Source: Patellaria atrata CBS 101060
Lineage: Eukaryota
Direction: 5' to 3'
Length of the DNA stretch: 64,000 bases
Assembly (NCBI GenBank): GCA_010093705.1
Contig: MU006095.1
Coordinates: forward strand, 744,001-808,000
Position numbers and translations under genes: made by a program. Under the pieces are notes generated by a model, which saw only the letters and a list, made by a program, of their open reading frames with translations, ran no database searches and was not told where the DNA came from. Shown in pieces: positions 1 to 13,505 of this stretch (position 1 is its first letter; every line of letters starts with the position of its first letter).

Positions 1-847
1 CGTCCTCTCCCTCCACTGCGAGTCTCTGCGCGAAGCCCAATCCAGCAAAGAGTCGCCCCTACGGCCACTCATCTACCCAACGGTGCAGATCACACTGGGG
101 ACCATGCGTCTCATCCCAACAGCGCAGTACTTCCCCCTCCGCTTCCACCTTATCCGCGCCCTCCTCCGCATATCCCTAGCCACTCACACCTACATCCCGC
201 TCGCCCCCTCCCTCCTCGAAGTCCTCAACGCCACCGAGATGAAAAAGCCCCCCAAAAACTCGACCCTCAAGCCCCTCGACTTCAGCACCGCCTACCACGC
301 GCCGAAATCATACCTCCGCACGCGCGTCTACCAAGACGGCCTCGGCGACCAGGTCTGCGAATTACTCTCCGAATTCTTCTTCCTGTGGACTAAATCCATC
401 GCTTTTCCTGAGCTCGCGTTGCCCGTTGTCGTGATGCTGAAGCGCTGGCTCAAGACTGCCTCTAATCGGGATACCGGGAATAAGAACGGCAAGGTCAATT
501 CGATGATGGGCGTGCTGGTGCAGAAGCTCGAGGCGAATGGTAGGTGGATCGAGGAGAGGAGGGCGAGGGTGGAGTTTGCGCCGAATGATAGGGCGGGCGT
601 GGACGGATTCTTGAGGGAGGAGGCGTGGGAGGGGAGTCCGTTGGGCGCTTTCGTAGTTGGGCAGAGGAAGGGGAGGGAGGAGAAGGCGAAGGTTGTGGAG
701 GAAGGGAGGAGGGAGGAGGAGAGGAAAAGGAAGATGGAAAGGAAGGAGGAGAAGGAGGATGGGGAGGAGTTTGGAGGGTTCGAGGAGGAGAGTGGAACTG
801 GGAGCGGGAGTGAGAGCGAGGAGGGTAGTGATAGAGAGAGTGATTAG
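1..847 (+). CDS. NOC2: Nucleolar complex protein 2 (Noc2), 3' part; gene starts upstream of the window
   Basis: Noc2 C-terminal motifs LIPTAQYFPLRFHLIRALL, YLRTRVYQDG and SIAFPELALPVVVMLKRWLK, then an acidic tail; stop at 845-847. Confidence 0.9.
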   Translation, partial: VLSLHCESLREAQSSKESPLRPLIYPTVQITLGTMRLIPTAQYFPLRFHLIRALLRISLATHTYIPLAPSLLEVLNATEMKKPPKNSTLKPLDFSTAYHAPKSYLRTRVYQDGLGDQVCELLSEFFFLWTKSIAFPELALPVVVMLKRWLKTASNRDTGNKNGKVNSMMGVLVQKLEANGRWIEERRARVEFAPNDRAGVDGFLREEAWEGSPLGAFVVGQRKGREEKAKVVEEGRREEERKRKMERKEEKEDGEEFGGFEEESGTGSGSESEEGSDRESD

Positions 848-1682
848 GAGTGACTCCACTGGAATGAGTTGTCTAGTCAGGGGCTTTATACTAAACCTTC
901 CATGAAGCAGAATTAACAACTTCCATCTCAAAGAATCTGTGAATATCAATTAAAGTAGGAGGCAAAGTGGCAAGAATGATGAGGCAGCTTTGCCGGTCCT
1001 GAATATCACGGAATGCACTGGGAGGTCACAGAGTACGTATTAAACGTCGCATGAACAGAATGTTACCGAGTTCAATTGAAAGGGTTCTCAGTGTATTCTT
1101 TACCTGACATGTGTAAGATGGTATTGCGTAGTGATATTTTCTATCTAGACGTCTAATGGAACGAATTACCGAAGTCCACTTCAAGAGATCTCAGCGAGTT
1201 CATTGTCTCGACGTGTTTGAGGTAATAATGCGGTGTAAATAGAAAAGATACGCGTTGAATCAGCAAAGATAGAAGATAGTCAACCACAACACATTATCAA
1301 CCACTAAACTCAATAGGGAGCTTTTGTGTATTTTTCATAATAGATCAACATGGAGTTACTCCACACGGCTAGTATCACCCGAAGGTGTGATCCACTAGCC
1401 AGCAAAGCGAGATCCGAGAGAAGGTCAGAAAACAGACAACCCGCAAAGCACACTCATAAAGCCAAGAAATCAGAACAGCGGGTATTATCCGACAGATGCC
1501 GTCAGAGACAGAGTCCGAGGGTGATGCTGTATCCCCATAAACTCCATAGACCGATACGCCATGCTAAGTAAGCATGTTGAGGCCACCACCTGACCCAAGA
1601 TGGACCATGACGATCATTTCCTGATAATATTACGAAACAAGAGAAAGAGATTGGGAGAGATTGAAGACGACCTTGATCACGC

Positions 1683-2901
1683 TCAGAGACGCTTGCCAGG
1701 GACGAAGATGAAAAGGGAGCAGAGGGCTGCATCGATGAGGATGATTTCCACGAGGAGCATCCAGGCGCGTTTATTTAGAAGGCGACGAACGTAGGGTTCG
1801 CGGATGCGCGAGTAGGACATGAAGGTGTACTCGCTGAAGCCAACCAGTGCGATGATCGGATCGAGCATGTATTGGTGAGATGCTAAAGCGTATACGCCAA
1901 TAGTGAAAGGTAATATGACCTAATTCATAATTAGAAATATGTAGAATCCTAATCGTGCGGTTTACTCACCCAGGACCTCGTGCTACGTGAATAGTTGAGG
2001 AAGATCAGCACAAAAGCGGTCCAGAAGCCACTGAACATGCTTAGAAGTCCGACGATCAAGCGAAGCATCATGCTTGGAGGGACGATGTTACCTAAGGCTT
2101 TAGCACGAAGGAAACCAGGGTAAGCATCGCGCTCCATGGCCTGGAAGACGTAGTCCTTGGCTGGATCAAATACTTCAGGATCGTCTCGTCCATTTTGTTC
2201 GATTGCAATAATGATCTCATTCAAAATCCCTTGGGGTAAGATGATTTCACGTTCGGATCCGCCAAGCAAGTAAGTGTACAAGATCTTTTCAGCAGATGCT
2301 TTAATATCGGAGCGTGCAACGGTGTGCTGTGGCGAATCCGATTTGTTAGCTGGTGAGCTTCCAGAATGCTGACCGGAAGGAGAGTTGTCTGTGGAGGTTC
2401 CCAAGTAACCTGGTCGCGGTGGTCTTTCCTGCCCAGGAGTTGTTTGCTCTGAGGAGCTCCCATGGTTATTAGTAGTATGTGTGGTACCGCTATCTGATCT
2501 CAAAAATGCGGATAGACGCTGTTCTGGAGTTTGCTTTTCAGTGGAAGGTCCAGCAAGTTCTGTATTGTCCAAGAGCGCTGATGAGCGTTTGCTAGTCTTT
2601 TCCAATTCTGGGGTATCAACTAAGACCGAGCGACGTAATTCCCTCACATAGTGACGGCATAATGCCATATGTTGCATTACGTCAAGCCTATCACCCAAGT
2701 TAGCTTACAGTCCTAGGTTTAAGCATCTTTTTCATACCAGAAGTCAAGATAGTCCACCGATCGTTGTTGATCTCTCATATAAATGTAGAAAGAGAATAGG
2801 TCCACGGGTGGAGACGTGCGTCGACTTAGGACTTCGAATAAAGTTGGAAGCCTATTCCGATTGAGATCGGGAACCGGCGAGGGCGTGTTCGCATGCGCCA
2901 T
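1683..2901 (-). CDS. RAX1: Rax1-like RGS-domain membrane protein (bud-site/polarity landmark)
   Basis: Three exons (2901-2738, 2687-1970, 1919-1683) with GT-AG introns 2737-2688 and 1969-1920. N-terminal LPTLFEVLSRRTSPPVDLFSFYIYMRDQQRSVDYLDFWLD, RGS segment DDPEVFDPAKDYVFQAMERDA, and C-terminal hydrophobic helices. Confidence 0.85.
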
Positions 2902-3807
2902 CGTGAGTCCGATTGATTATTGTTGAAGTCAGGGGAGATGAAAGGAAAATGTTGGATCGAACGAAGGTGGTCGTAGAAGCGGCGCAATGAGTTTCGTGTT
3001 ACAACGGGATAAGGTACCAGCAGCTATAACCTCGAGGAGTCGATAGTGAGAGCACTCCTGTTCACGCGAATTGAAAGTTCAGTTTGATAGCTTCGATATG
3101 TTACGCGATCTGAATTGGTTGACGTGTCGCACTGGCGCTGTTCCGGTGGGAAGAGGTGAATGAAACGGTGTCGAAGGAGGTAAAACGAATGACGGGTAGG
3201 CGTTGATTATCGAGCGTAGCGACTGGGTCGCTATTGATATGTCTTCCGCATGCGAATCGATTGTATCTTCGAACAAGCGAGGCGAGTCCAGTCGCACGGT
3301 CAGTTGAATGTTGAAGATAGAAGGTCGAGGGCAGCGTCGGATGGCTTGACTGCTTGAAGTTTGAAGTTGAGTCTGAGACTTTGGCGTTCAAACTGGTTTT
3401 GCATGAGGTAAGGGGTGCCGGGGGTCATAGCTCAAGCTGACTCAGCTAGGCCCTCATTTCCCAGCCAACACACTTCGGTAGATTAAAGGGCAAGAACTCA
3501 ACTTCCTTATATATATAACCATATAACCACTTGTAATCATCTATAGGCTACTGCTATACAGTGGGATTATATATCAGTTTGTATTATACTGAGCTGTGTC
3601 ACTGGATTTACTTCGATTTAGGTAAGCAATAAGGCTGATCATTAGGCAACCTTATAATTATCTTATTTAGAGGACGCAGCCGCAACTCACTTAGTACCTA
3701 AGTAAAAGCTTTCATTTTTAGCATTTGTGTCCTCTCTATAGTACAACTCGTCAAGTTGCACTCCAAGATCGTACAGATATCGTACAGATATCAGATATTT
3801 CTTTATA

Positions 3808-4680
3808 ATGGCACCTCTTCCTGAAGGCTTTCTCGACGGTCCCGCTCCGAATCTGAAGTTATCCAAAGTTGATTTTACGAAGACTGCAACTCCGTCGTAT
3901 GATGGTCTATATGCGGTAGTCATCGATGGAGTCTTGTCTCAAGGGGAATGCAAAGCACTTATAGCTGCCGCAGAAGATCACGCTGGCGACGCCGGCTGGG
4001 AAAGAGCCATGGTAAACGTTGGAGGTGGCGAGCAGAAAATGATCACCGACATTCGAAACTGTGGTAGAATCATCTGGGACTCAGAAGAGCTCGCGGAGAA
4101 AATTTGGGCACGGATCAAGAATGAGGTACCCGATCTCCACAGCCTATCCAACTGGGGAAAGGTGACGGGGACGGGACCTGCGGCGAGATATGAGACCTGG
4201 AACCTAACGAGACTGAATGAACGGATGCGCTTTCTCAAGTATGTGGGCGGGGAATATTTTAAGCGTACGTCAATCTACTCATACTGTAGTTGAGCTTCAC
4301 TCTTACCCTGCATAGCACATTGTGACGGGACATACATCACTCCTGATGGTACGGAGAGGTCCTATTTCACTTTACATCTGTACCTGAACGATTCGGAGGC
4401 AGAAATGGATCAAGAAGCTAAGGCAGAAGCGGAGAGAAATGCGAAAAGTGCTGGAGAGTCGGATCCAACACTATTACCTTTACGTGGTGGAGCAACAACT
4501 TTCCATGCTTATAATTTTGAAGATGGATTCGATATCAACCCTAAGGCAGGCCGAGTGCTTATCTTTCAACATGCATATCTCATGCATTCTGGAGATGATG
4601 TTGTGAGAGGTACAAAATACACCATGCGAACAGACATAATGTACAAGAAGGATAGAAAGGAGGATGAGCTTTCTGATTGA
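3808..4680 (+). CDS. Prolyl-4-hydroxylase-like 2OG-Fe(II) oxygenase
   Basis: Intron 4265-4315 (GTACGT...CATAG). Splicing creates the HxD motif (KPHCDG). Also LNERMRFLKY, GGATTF, a distal His (LMHSG) and KYTMRTDIMY. Confidence 0.85.
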
Positions 4681-5356
4681 TGGACGAACAAAATGATAAT
4701 ATATAGAAGCAAATCATGGAACATGGCGCTAAATTTCAATGTTGTAGTATCCGGAGAATCAGAGTTATGAGGGTGGAATATTGTGTATACGTGTGAACGA
4801 ACCCTAATATCGAATACCGCTCGAGATATGATAGAAATTGGCTATTCTTACTTCTCAGGCACATTCACTCTTGCGAGTCTATTGACCATAGCACCGAACC
4901 GAAGAAAAGGTATTCTACCAATCACGGCATATTTAACTTTCGAGTCTTTAACCGTGATAGAAAAAGGCTCGAAGAACTAGAACCTTAGTTACGCAAAATC
5001 AAAAGAGAACTCCTAAACAACGAAATTGGGGTCTAAAATCAAGGATGGAAGGAAGAAATATGAGATAGGTGAAAGGATTTATACTAATGATTACTACATA
5101 CAGGGATTGGTGAGAGAGTAGTAAATAGAAGAGCACACAGTTGTTTAATCATTGCTAATTATCTGTACCGGTTCCAATGTTATCTTTAACCATTGCGTCT
5201 CTAACATTTACGTGATCATCAATCCTAACAGCTACAGTAGACAAAAACTATAAAAGACTTGTTTACTTACCAAGGGGTTGAGGTAGACAAATGGGGGAAC
5301 TAGGATAATCTTTCTAAGCATCTAATACAACTAAAATTACATCAGTGTCATATATT

Positions 5357-7101
5357 CTACATCTTCCTCTCTCCACCCTGACTAGCCCTAACTACATTCC
5401 TCAATAGCCCAAAAGGCAGCACATCCCCAATCCTCTCCACTCCAGCAAACAGCATAACCACCCTGTCAATTCCCATCCCCCATCCTCCCGTCGGCGGCAA
5501 ACCCCACTCAAGAGCCTCTAGATACCCCTCGTCAATACCCCCCTCGGTTCCCTCTTCCTTGAACCTAAGCTGCTCTTCAAATTTCCTACGCTGCTCCCGC
5601 GGATCATTCTCCTCTTCGTACGCGTTCACGTACTCGCGACTGTTGATAAATAGCTCAACGCGCGCGGCGACGTATTGGTTTGTGGTCGGACAGAGGAATG
5701 ATTTTGATAGGGGTGAGAGTACGGCCGGATGGTGGATTATGAAGGTTGGGGATGTGCAGAGAGGTTCAATGTATTCGCCTGCCAGCGCATCTAGGAGTCG
5801 TGGGAGATTAGGGGTTGCGGGAAGGGGTAAGTTGAGCTCCGCGAAGAGAGATCGGAGCTCATCAGTCGCAGATGGAGAGCTAAGGTCGGGAAGTTTGTGA
5901 CCTATAGCTGATTCAAGAGTGGGAATAAAGGGGAGGCGTTTGAACTCGGGTTGGAAATCTATGGGGACTTGACTGATGGAAGGTAGTTGTTCCTCCATAG
6001 AATGTATTTTCCGTGATATGAGTCGGAAAAGGTTTTCAGTGCGTTGTATCAAGTCCTCCAGGGTCGCTAATGGCTCGTAGAACTCGCATATTGAGAACTC
6101 GGGATTATGCGTTCCGTCGGTACCTGTTAAGATTCTCAGTATTAGGAAATATGGGGTAGCCTCCGGGTGGCAATACCTTCATTTCTGAAAACTTGCCCGA
6201 TCTCGTAAATTGGCTCTGAGTATCCAACCAGTAACTTTTTTAAGTATAATTCTGGAGCTATGCGAAGCCTTAAGGGCGTCCAAGGAAATTCAGTCCCTTC
6301 TGTCTCGAAAGGTCTCGCCACAGCCCCTCCTACTCCAGGTGTTAGGATTGGAGTACTGACTTCCGTAAAACCATCTTCATCAAGGAAGTCCCGTAAGCAT
6401 TTAATAACCTGGTGCCTTAGACGGATAATGTCTCTGGACCGTTTATTTACAAGAAGATCAACGTGTGGATACCTTGCACGTGTCTCCGGATCGACTAGTG
6501 TTTCGGGAATTTGATGCTCTGAAGGTGATAGAATTTGTGGGAGTTGAGATGCTAATATGGAGAGTTCGCCTGTTGACGTTTTGGTAATCTGTCCATTGAT
6601 CGCAAACCAGTCGCCCTTTCGAATGAGACGCTTAAAATGTTGCCATTGCTCACGACTCACGCCGTTTTCCTCTAATATCCTAAAATTACACATGCCTTGA
6701 ACTTTCTCTTCACGGTATACCAGATCAAAGAACACTAGCTTTGACCCTGCTGTCCGAACGGTCTGCACCCTCCCAATTACTTGTTTGGTGACTCCAGCAG
6801 AATAAGGAATGTCACTCGACCTAGCCCATGCATTAAATTGGGGTACACTGAGATAGTGTGGACCCCCGAGAAGTGTCCCCAATGGAGGGTGCATTCTCAT
6901 CAGTCTCCCATTTCGTTCAAGTTGTTTCAATCGCTTCTGGTGATCAACCGTAAGCGAAACCCTCTGGGAATCCGCCGGCGGGTTCGAAGCGTAACATCGT
7001 CGTTGAAATGTACGATAAGTTTGTGTAAATTCGAGTTTTGCTGAGGGTTTCACACCCTTGCACAAATAAGGGTGTAGAAAACGGCAGACATCTTTTCTCA
7101 T
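5357..7101 (-). CDS. MSK1: Lysyl-tRNA synthetase class II, probably mitochondrial
   Basis: OB-fold (GRVQTVRTAGSKLVFFDL), LRIAPELYLKKL, motif 2 FRNEG-TDGTHNPEFS restored by intron ~6176-6124, and motif 3 GLPPTGGWGMGIDR. N-terminus is Arg-rich and presequence-like. Start chosen at MRKDVCRF; in-frame upstream ATGs exist. Confidence 0.85.
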
Positions 7102-7491
7102 GCTATTAAATGTAAGTATACAGTCTCTGATGATGGTCATTGATGTAAGAAATGCGTGATAGACGTCAGAAGAGGGTCGGTTTGAAGTCACACACCCGAG
7201 AGTGTCATTCGCAACGGTTCTTGAAAATTGTTTCATCATAAAAGTATACTGGACGATAATTAGAGCTTGACATACCTGCCTATACCTACCCGCTTGCAAT
7301 TGGACTGATTGAGCCGATAAACTAGCTTTTATCTGCGGTCATCAAGCTCTTCCTATAATTGAGGTTTTCGAAGAGGCCCGAGCTTCAAAAAGTTACAACT
7401 ACGACGTCGAAGCTCCGCAAGCTCCCATCCCGTCATCAACCCTCAATAACGTCCTCAAACTTATATCTCTGGACACGAAACTCTTTACAAG

Positions 7492-7892
7492 ATGGCCTCA
7501 CTATTTGGGAGACGACCTCAACCCTCCTCGGCAGAGAAGATCGCCGCTGCAGAAGCAGAAATTGATCTTGTATCAGACATGTTCAATCGGTAGTTAAACC
7601 CCTTCACATTTACTATTATATTCAACATCTCTTCATAAGACGAAAGATGGACCTATACACCCTAAAATATGACACTCGGCTGATACACCTTGATTTCCCT
7701 AGACTCGTCCAATCTTGTACCAAGAAATGTATTCCAAGCGACTACCGCGAATCCGATCTGAATAAGGGTGAATCCGTCTGCCTAGATCGTTGCGTCGCGA
7801 AGTTCTTCGAGGTCAATGTAAAGGTCAGCGAGAAGATGCAGGGTCAAGCTGCTGCAGGTGGAGCAGGGGGTGGAGGGATGTTTGGCATGTAA
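7492..7892 (+). CDS. TIM10: Mitochondrial IMS small Tim chaperone Tim10
   Basis: Exon 1 [33 protein letters not shown], intron 7590-7702, then the twin CX3C motif CTKKC...CLDRC. Confidence 0.9.
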
Positions 7893-8265
7893 AGGGGAGA
7901 TGTGCATCGGGCTGTTCATATGGATCAATGGTAGTACTGGGAAAGGTTTCTTCGATACAGCTTTGCGTTAGGGACATTGTACTGTACGGATCACGGGTTT
8001 GGAAATCAGATATCAAAACACATATCTCTGCTCAGGAAAATGCTCTTATCATATGCTCTGAACTATCTAACCAGATATAGGAGACTTGATAGTCGACGAC
8101 CTGTTCAGGTCGCCATTTGCGCCTGTAGCAACGGTGTACTACTAAATTCCTCTAAAAACCGAACCTAGTATAGTCTGTAGAAGTCGTAGATCATAAAGCT
8201 GGTCTAGTCTCCCTAGCTTACAAAAACAACTCCTACCTCATTCCCAACGCAAATACCATACTCCC

Positions 8266-9183
8266 TCAATCATCCTCCGCATTTGCCATAATTTCGCGAA
8301 TCTCGCGGAGATTCGTCTGAACTTTCGAGGCATGTTCTTCCGCGCGCTTGGCGGCTTTCTCCGCCGCTTCTTGGGCTCCAAACGCCATGAGGGCGTTCTC
8401 CTTTGCCTCCGCCTGCAGCTGCACAACATTAGCATGTCTTCCCTGTTGAAATTGACTCAGGGTACAGGGGAAACATACTCGAATGAGCTTTGCTCGATCA
8501 CTGGCGGCAAGCGGCTTTCCAAAGAGACGATCACGCAGACCGCCGAGCTTGGTCTTGCTCCTGGGGCTCGATTTCTGTACGGAAGTTAGTTAGTATGATA
8601 TACAACTTTATATATAAGTTGTACAGAGGACGGGTGAGGGTAAGGTAGTACAGTTCAAGGGAGGCCTGTGTGAGGAGGAATATATCATAAGGAGAAGTTG
8701 AACGCTATACAGCTCTACAATTCTGCAGAAGTGCAGTACGTTTCCCAAAATCCTACATTTGCTGCCATTTGAACTCACATCTTGTCCACAGGGGTACGCG
8801 AGATCGTACTGAGTCAGCAAATCATGAGCTGGACTCATAGCATCCGTATCATTGTTCCGAAGCTGGCGAAGCAGTAACGCCGTCGGTACAGCGCTGTCAA
8901 TTGACTGGTACCTTATCATAAAGCTACCGACATTGTCTCTAGCCGTATTGACGGCCGCCGCGGGTTCTGCCGGTGATCCCGGCTCGCCAGCGAGCTCGAG
9001 GCCACCCTCGAGAAAGCAGAGCGTATGCTCACGCTCTACGGCGACACTGGTGCGTATGGAGGCCTAACTCAAGCGTCAGTGTACAGTTGGTAAGATGGGG
9101 ATTTGAAATACTCGTACATATGCTAGCGTCTGGCTAGGACGCGGAATTCTTGAAGAACCAGCGGTAGCTGGTATGGTCCTCAT
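8266..9183 (-). CDS. Hypothetical four-exon protein with C-terminal coiled-coil-like segment
   Basis: ATG at 9183. Canonical introns at ~9117-9064, 8778-8575 and ~8478-8419 join into one open frame ending LQAEAKENALMAFGAQEAAEKAAKRAEEHASKVQTNLREIREIMANAEDD*. No family recognised. Confidence 0.5.
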
Positions 9184-10264
9184 AATGAGTAATGTACGTA
9201 TTTGTTTGAGTTAGTAAGTTGCTTGAAAGGTAGATGTGTTGTGAGGAATGAGAGGTTAGTCGAGAAAGAGAATGGACTTGCAGCATTTCTCTGCTTAATA
9301 TACCTTACTTCACTTAATGTCGACCTTCTAGTGAGAGATATACTGAAGTGAAACTGTACAAACGACTCTGAAAGCTTAAAATACTGAAGATATATCGAAC
9401 TGAATATAGCACAAACAGACTTATATGTCCATTATATAATATCATTTTTAAAGTGAATCTCCTCCATTGTTGATATGTGAATTCTTATCCTTCAGTGTAG
9501 AATAGCAAATATTAAAATACACTGTCCGGCTGTAAAACGGGTGATGGAAATTGTACGATATTAGACTTTCCCTCCTACCAGGGTGATACTGCTCAATGTA
9601 AATATATAATTAGGAAAACACTCCGACTTAGCGATATAACCGGTCGTATCATGTACCGTACTGGGTCGTTATGAAAGTATCACATTATGTGTACTGTACG
9701 ATAATGCTATAGTAATCGAGGAAGGCTTGCAACGGAAACAAAGACCTACAGAAGCAACCAGAGTATAGCATAGAACTCTAAGGTAATCTGTACGATCATA
9801 TAACATAGTTACTGAAGCAACACGAGAACTGCCACCATACCATGAAATGGAACTACCATTTCTGCATTTCAAGGGAATTGGCGGTAACGAAACCGGCAAT
9901 GAGTGTGACGATTGAATTAGTTGACTGAAATTCTCTCATTCGTACTTGAATCAAGAAATTTGGAATTGGAATAATCTGGTCTTACAGTATTGTACAGAAA
10001 GAGAGCAAAGATGGAGGATGTTGAAATGTCAATTGGAAATGATCTCGCTTGGTGATTGGTCGCCTACAGGTGGACCCCAAACACAGGAAACAACACATCT
10101 TCAATTACAGTCCTGTCTATCGATACAGAAACCTACACACCTTTGCAAGTGCAAAATAAGTTAAAGAACCAGAGCCGTCCTAGGAGGTCCATCGTGGCGG
10201 TCATGCTTCTACAATTTGTTCTTCATTCGCAACACGACTAGAGTAAACTCAATCATTCTCTACC

Positions 10265-11806
10265 ATGGCGAGTCCTAACTATAAGGCGCGCAAGGAAGCC
10301 TTCGTTTCTAATCTGAATGGAGGAAGTGTATGGGAAATCAACGAAGTCACTTTAGTTGCCCCGGTAGGAATGTTTTCCCGCATACCTAAGATCAAATTCA
10401 ACTGACTAAATTCCTAGTCGGCAATGCTCCTTTGGTCAGTTCTACAGTCTCGTCAGAAACTATTCACTCCCTATACGCCGGCAGCTTATCTGGTCGACTT
10501 CCTTCTAAACTGTGGAGCATTGATGCTCGCGTGTACCCTTTATTCTTCCGCACCGGCGCTATTGAACCTGCTGCTCATTATCCCTTCTATACTCGTGTAC
10601 TTTACCTCTACCTCTCATGAACGACGAACGAAGACACCGGCACAAAAGATTCCTAAAAGCGATGAAGCGAGTCGGGAAAGCACATCGGAATTCCTTCCTG
10701 CAAAACCTTTTATAACTGCGTATCGTGGAGGTATGTTAATAATTACCTGCGTTGCAATACTTGCAGTGGACTTTCGCGTCTTCCCTCGTCGTTTTGCGAA
10801 GGTCGAAAATTGGGGTACTTCCTTGATGGACATGGGAGTTGGATCTTTCGTATTCACTATGGGGATCGTATCTGCACGTCCAGTGTTAAAGGAACGATTT
10901 CAGAACTCTCCCACCCTTTTGAGCAAGCGTCTGATCGGTGCTATGCGTCACTCCGCGCCAATCCTCCTATTGGGATTTGTACGTCTCTATACTGTCAAAG
11001 GACTCGACTATGCAGAACATGTAACCGAATATGGTGTCCATTGGAACTTTTTCTTCACCCTTGGTTTCCTACCTCCGTTCATCGCTCTTTTCCAGTCTGC
11101 ACTTAATTACGTTCCTTCTTACGCTGCACTAGCTTTACTGCTAGCTTGCACCTATGAAGCCGCGTTAGACTTCACAGATTTGAAAGCTTTCATTATAGCA
11201 GCGCCTCGAACCAATCTCTTATCAAAAAATCGGGAGGGGATCTTCTCCTTCTTTGGGTACCTTGCAATATTTCTTGCGGGTCAAGCATGTGGAATGGACA
11301 TCCTAACTAGGCCAATTTCTGCGAAGAAAGGCTCTTCTCGGTTTTCTCGATTAAGAAAGTCAATCCTCGGGAAGTTGATCATATGGACTGCCATATGGAC
11401 TATCCTTTTTAACTTGACAACCAATTATTACGGACTCAATTTGCTAGTGTCACGAAGACTGGCAAATTTACCGTATTTTCTCTGGGTCTCAGCATTCAAT
11501 TGCGGTCAACTAGCTCTCTTCTGCGCCATAGAAAGCTTCCTCTTTCCAGATCTACATAAAACTGCTAACAAAATCGTTGAAGCTGATAGAGTGAAAGACG
11601 CTACGAGTAGACTGTTACATGCCTTTAACAGAAACGGGCTTGCGATTTTTCTCCTAGCCAACCTACTTACTGGCCTCGTCAATCTTACTCTACCTACTTT
11701 AGAGATGGATCATATACAAGCAATGGCTGTGCTAGTAGCATATATGGGTACTGTGAGTATGGTTGCAGTAATTTTAGATGCTTATAATGTATCTATCAAA
11801 TTCTAA
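10265..11806 (+). CDS. GWT1: GPI inositol acyltransferase Gwt1/PIG-W
   Basis: Exon 1 [21 protein letters not shown], intron 10364-10417. Motifs [50 protein letters not shown] and [10 protein letters not shown]. Confidence 0.95.
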
Positions 11807-12068
11807 ACATTAATTGCACTCCATTGTACCTGTATAATTTTCGGTTTTTGGAGCTGATTTTTGGGGTGTACGAGGATGACCTCATCGCGTCTTGAACGCG
11901 TCTTCTACCCCTTGTTTAGTAAGGTAGTCTACTTTTTCCAATCTTTCCCTTTCGGGTACCATCCACCCAACCTCCCACATCAATCAATCCGTGGATACCA
12001 TCAACCAACCTACGTATTTCTTCAGTACAGTCACTGATTACTGCGAAAGGGGATTATAATCGCATGCA

Positions 12069-12954
12069 ATGACCACACAAATAGCAAAGAAGCGACGTTT
12101 GAACAATGCAGCTTCGATTCTCTCTAAACCTTTCATATCACCTTTGAAAACGCACAATCAAGAGGCGCTGACAACGAATCCTAATGCGTTACGGACTCCT
12201 GCATATACACAATCCCCTTTAGCAGCTTCTACTACAGTCGCCGAAGGTATTGATAATCCTGTAGCAAATGACAAGGTGCTTTCATCTCAACCTGCATTAA
12301 GTCCATCTTCAACGAAGCACATTATCAAAGGCAAGAATGTTGCAGACCCGGAGTTTTCGGAACTCATGAGATATCACCGTCAACTCGAGTCTCAAATCCG
12401 CAATACGAGAAATGGGCTTGACACTCTCCAGCAAGCTTTGAAGATTGAACAAAGTGGACAGGACGAGGAGCTGGAAAAGCTAATTAGTAGGTGGAAGACA
12501 GCGAGTAGAGAAGCCGCAGAAGAAGTCTTTGCTGGTGTTAAAGATCGTGTTAATAGAATGGGTGGAGTTGATGCGTGGAGGCAAAGGGAAAAGCGACAGG
12601 ATGAATGGAAGAAACAATGGGATGAAGAAACTACTGCACAGGATCCGAACGATGAAGACGATGAAGACGATGAAGAGGAGAATGCTCATGGACGAGGTTT
12701 GACCGCCGAAGAGAAAAAGTCCTTACGACAACAGCTCAGGGAACATTATGATGACGGCGACTCACACCAGCACGACGAACAGAAGTTCGTTGAAGATCAT
12801 GGCCAGGAGGACGATGTGAGTATACTCCCTTCGAGCTTCATTTCGCTTTATTGACTTAAACCAGACCTTTACAATGGACATGATGCTCAAGTCTCTCAAT
12901 ATCGATCTCAATGTCATAGGCTATTGCAAGGACCAACAGCGGTGGGTTGATTGA
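12069..12954 (+). CDS. Sfr1/Mei5(Dds20)-like recombination mediator (Swi5 partner)
   Basis: KRRRLN..LSKPFISP N-terminus and ELEKLISRWKTASREAAEEVF coiled coil. Intron 12816-12864 gives the C-terminal FTMDMMLKSLNIDLNVIGY...QRWVD*. Confidence 0.75.
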
Positions 12955-13505
12955 GCGCTCGTGTATGCATTTTCTCTATAAATCGTGCGATCTCAGCCAT
13001 CATAACGATGAGAATGTTATACACGTCTAATAGTGTAGGTCATCACTAGCGACGGGCGAATAGTACGAAAATAAAGGTTAGTTGACATACTATGGGAATC
13101 TGTCTATCAATCTTATTTCTCATCAACGATGCGTATAGTAGCTTATGAATCTAAACCACGTCCTCCACCTCATGGATACGTTGTTTTAAAAACTTATGAA
13201 GTGTTGCGAAGTGTGATAACGCTCATGTGGGTTGCGACTTACCCACATCCAAATCCCCTTCTATTTATCGTTCTATCATTCCTTCTAAATCTGAGCGCAT
13301 GATACCTTCCTTAGACAAAAACTGTTTACGAAAAGTGGTCAGATATTTGTTCATCTCATTTTCCTTTCTCACCTTTCCCAATCATCTTTACCAGTTGCAG
13401 TTTGTCTTAGTCCAACGACATTTTGTCCTTCACTTTTACCACTACAAGTACCAAACCCAAATTTCAGTCATAGTTACTACCACTTCATTTACATCAGCTA
13501 GCAGC

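Noticed and set aside
362..949. Long antisense ORFs (also 20458-20781, 60138-61229, 61034-61810)
   Set aside because: These are shadow frames of low-complexity or skewed coding regions of NOC2, ROK1 and SWR1.
3771..3798. 11-bp tandem repeat upstream of the P4H-like ATG
   Set aside because: It has only about 2.5 copies, which looks like ordinary slippage with no supportable function.
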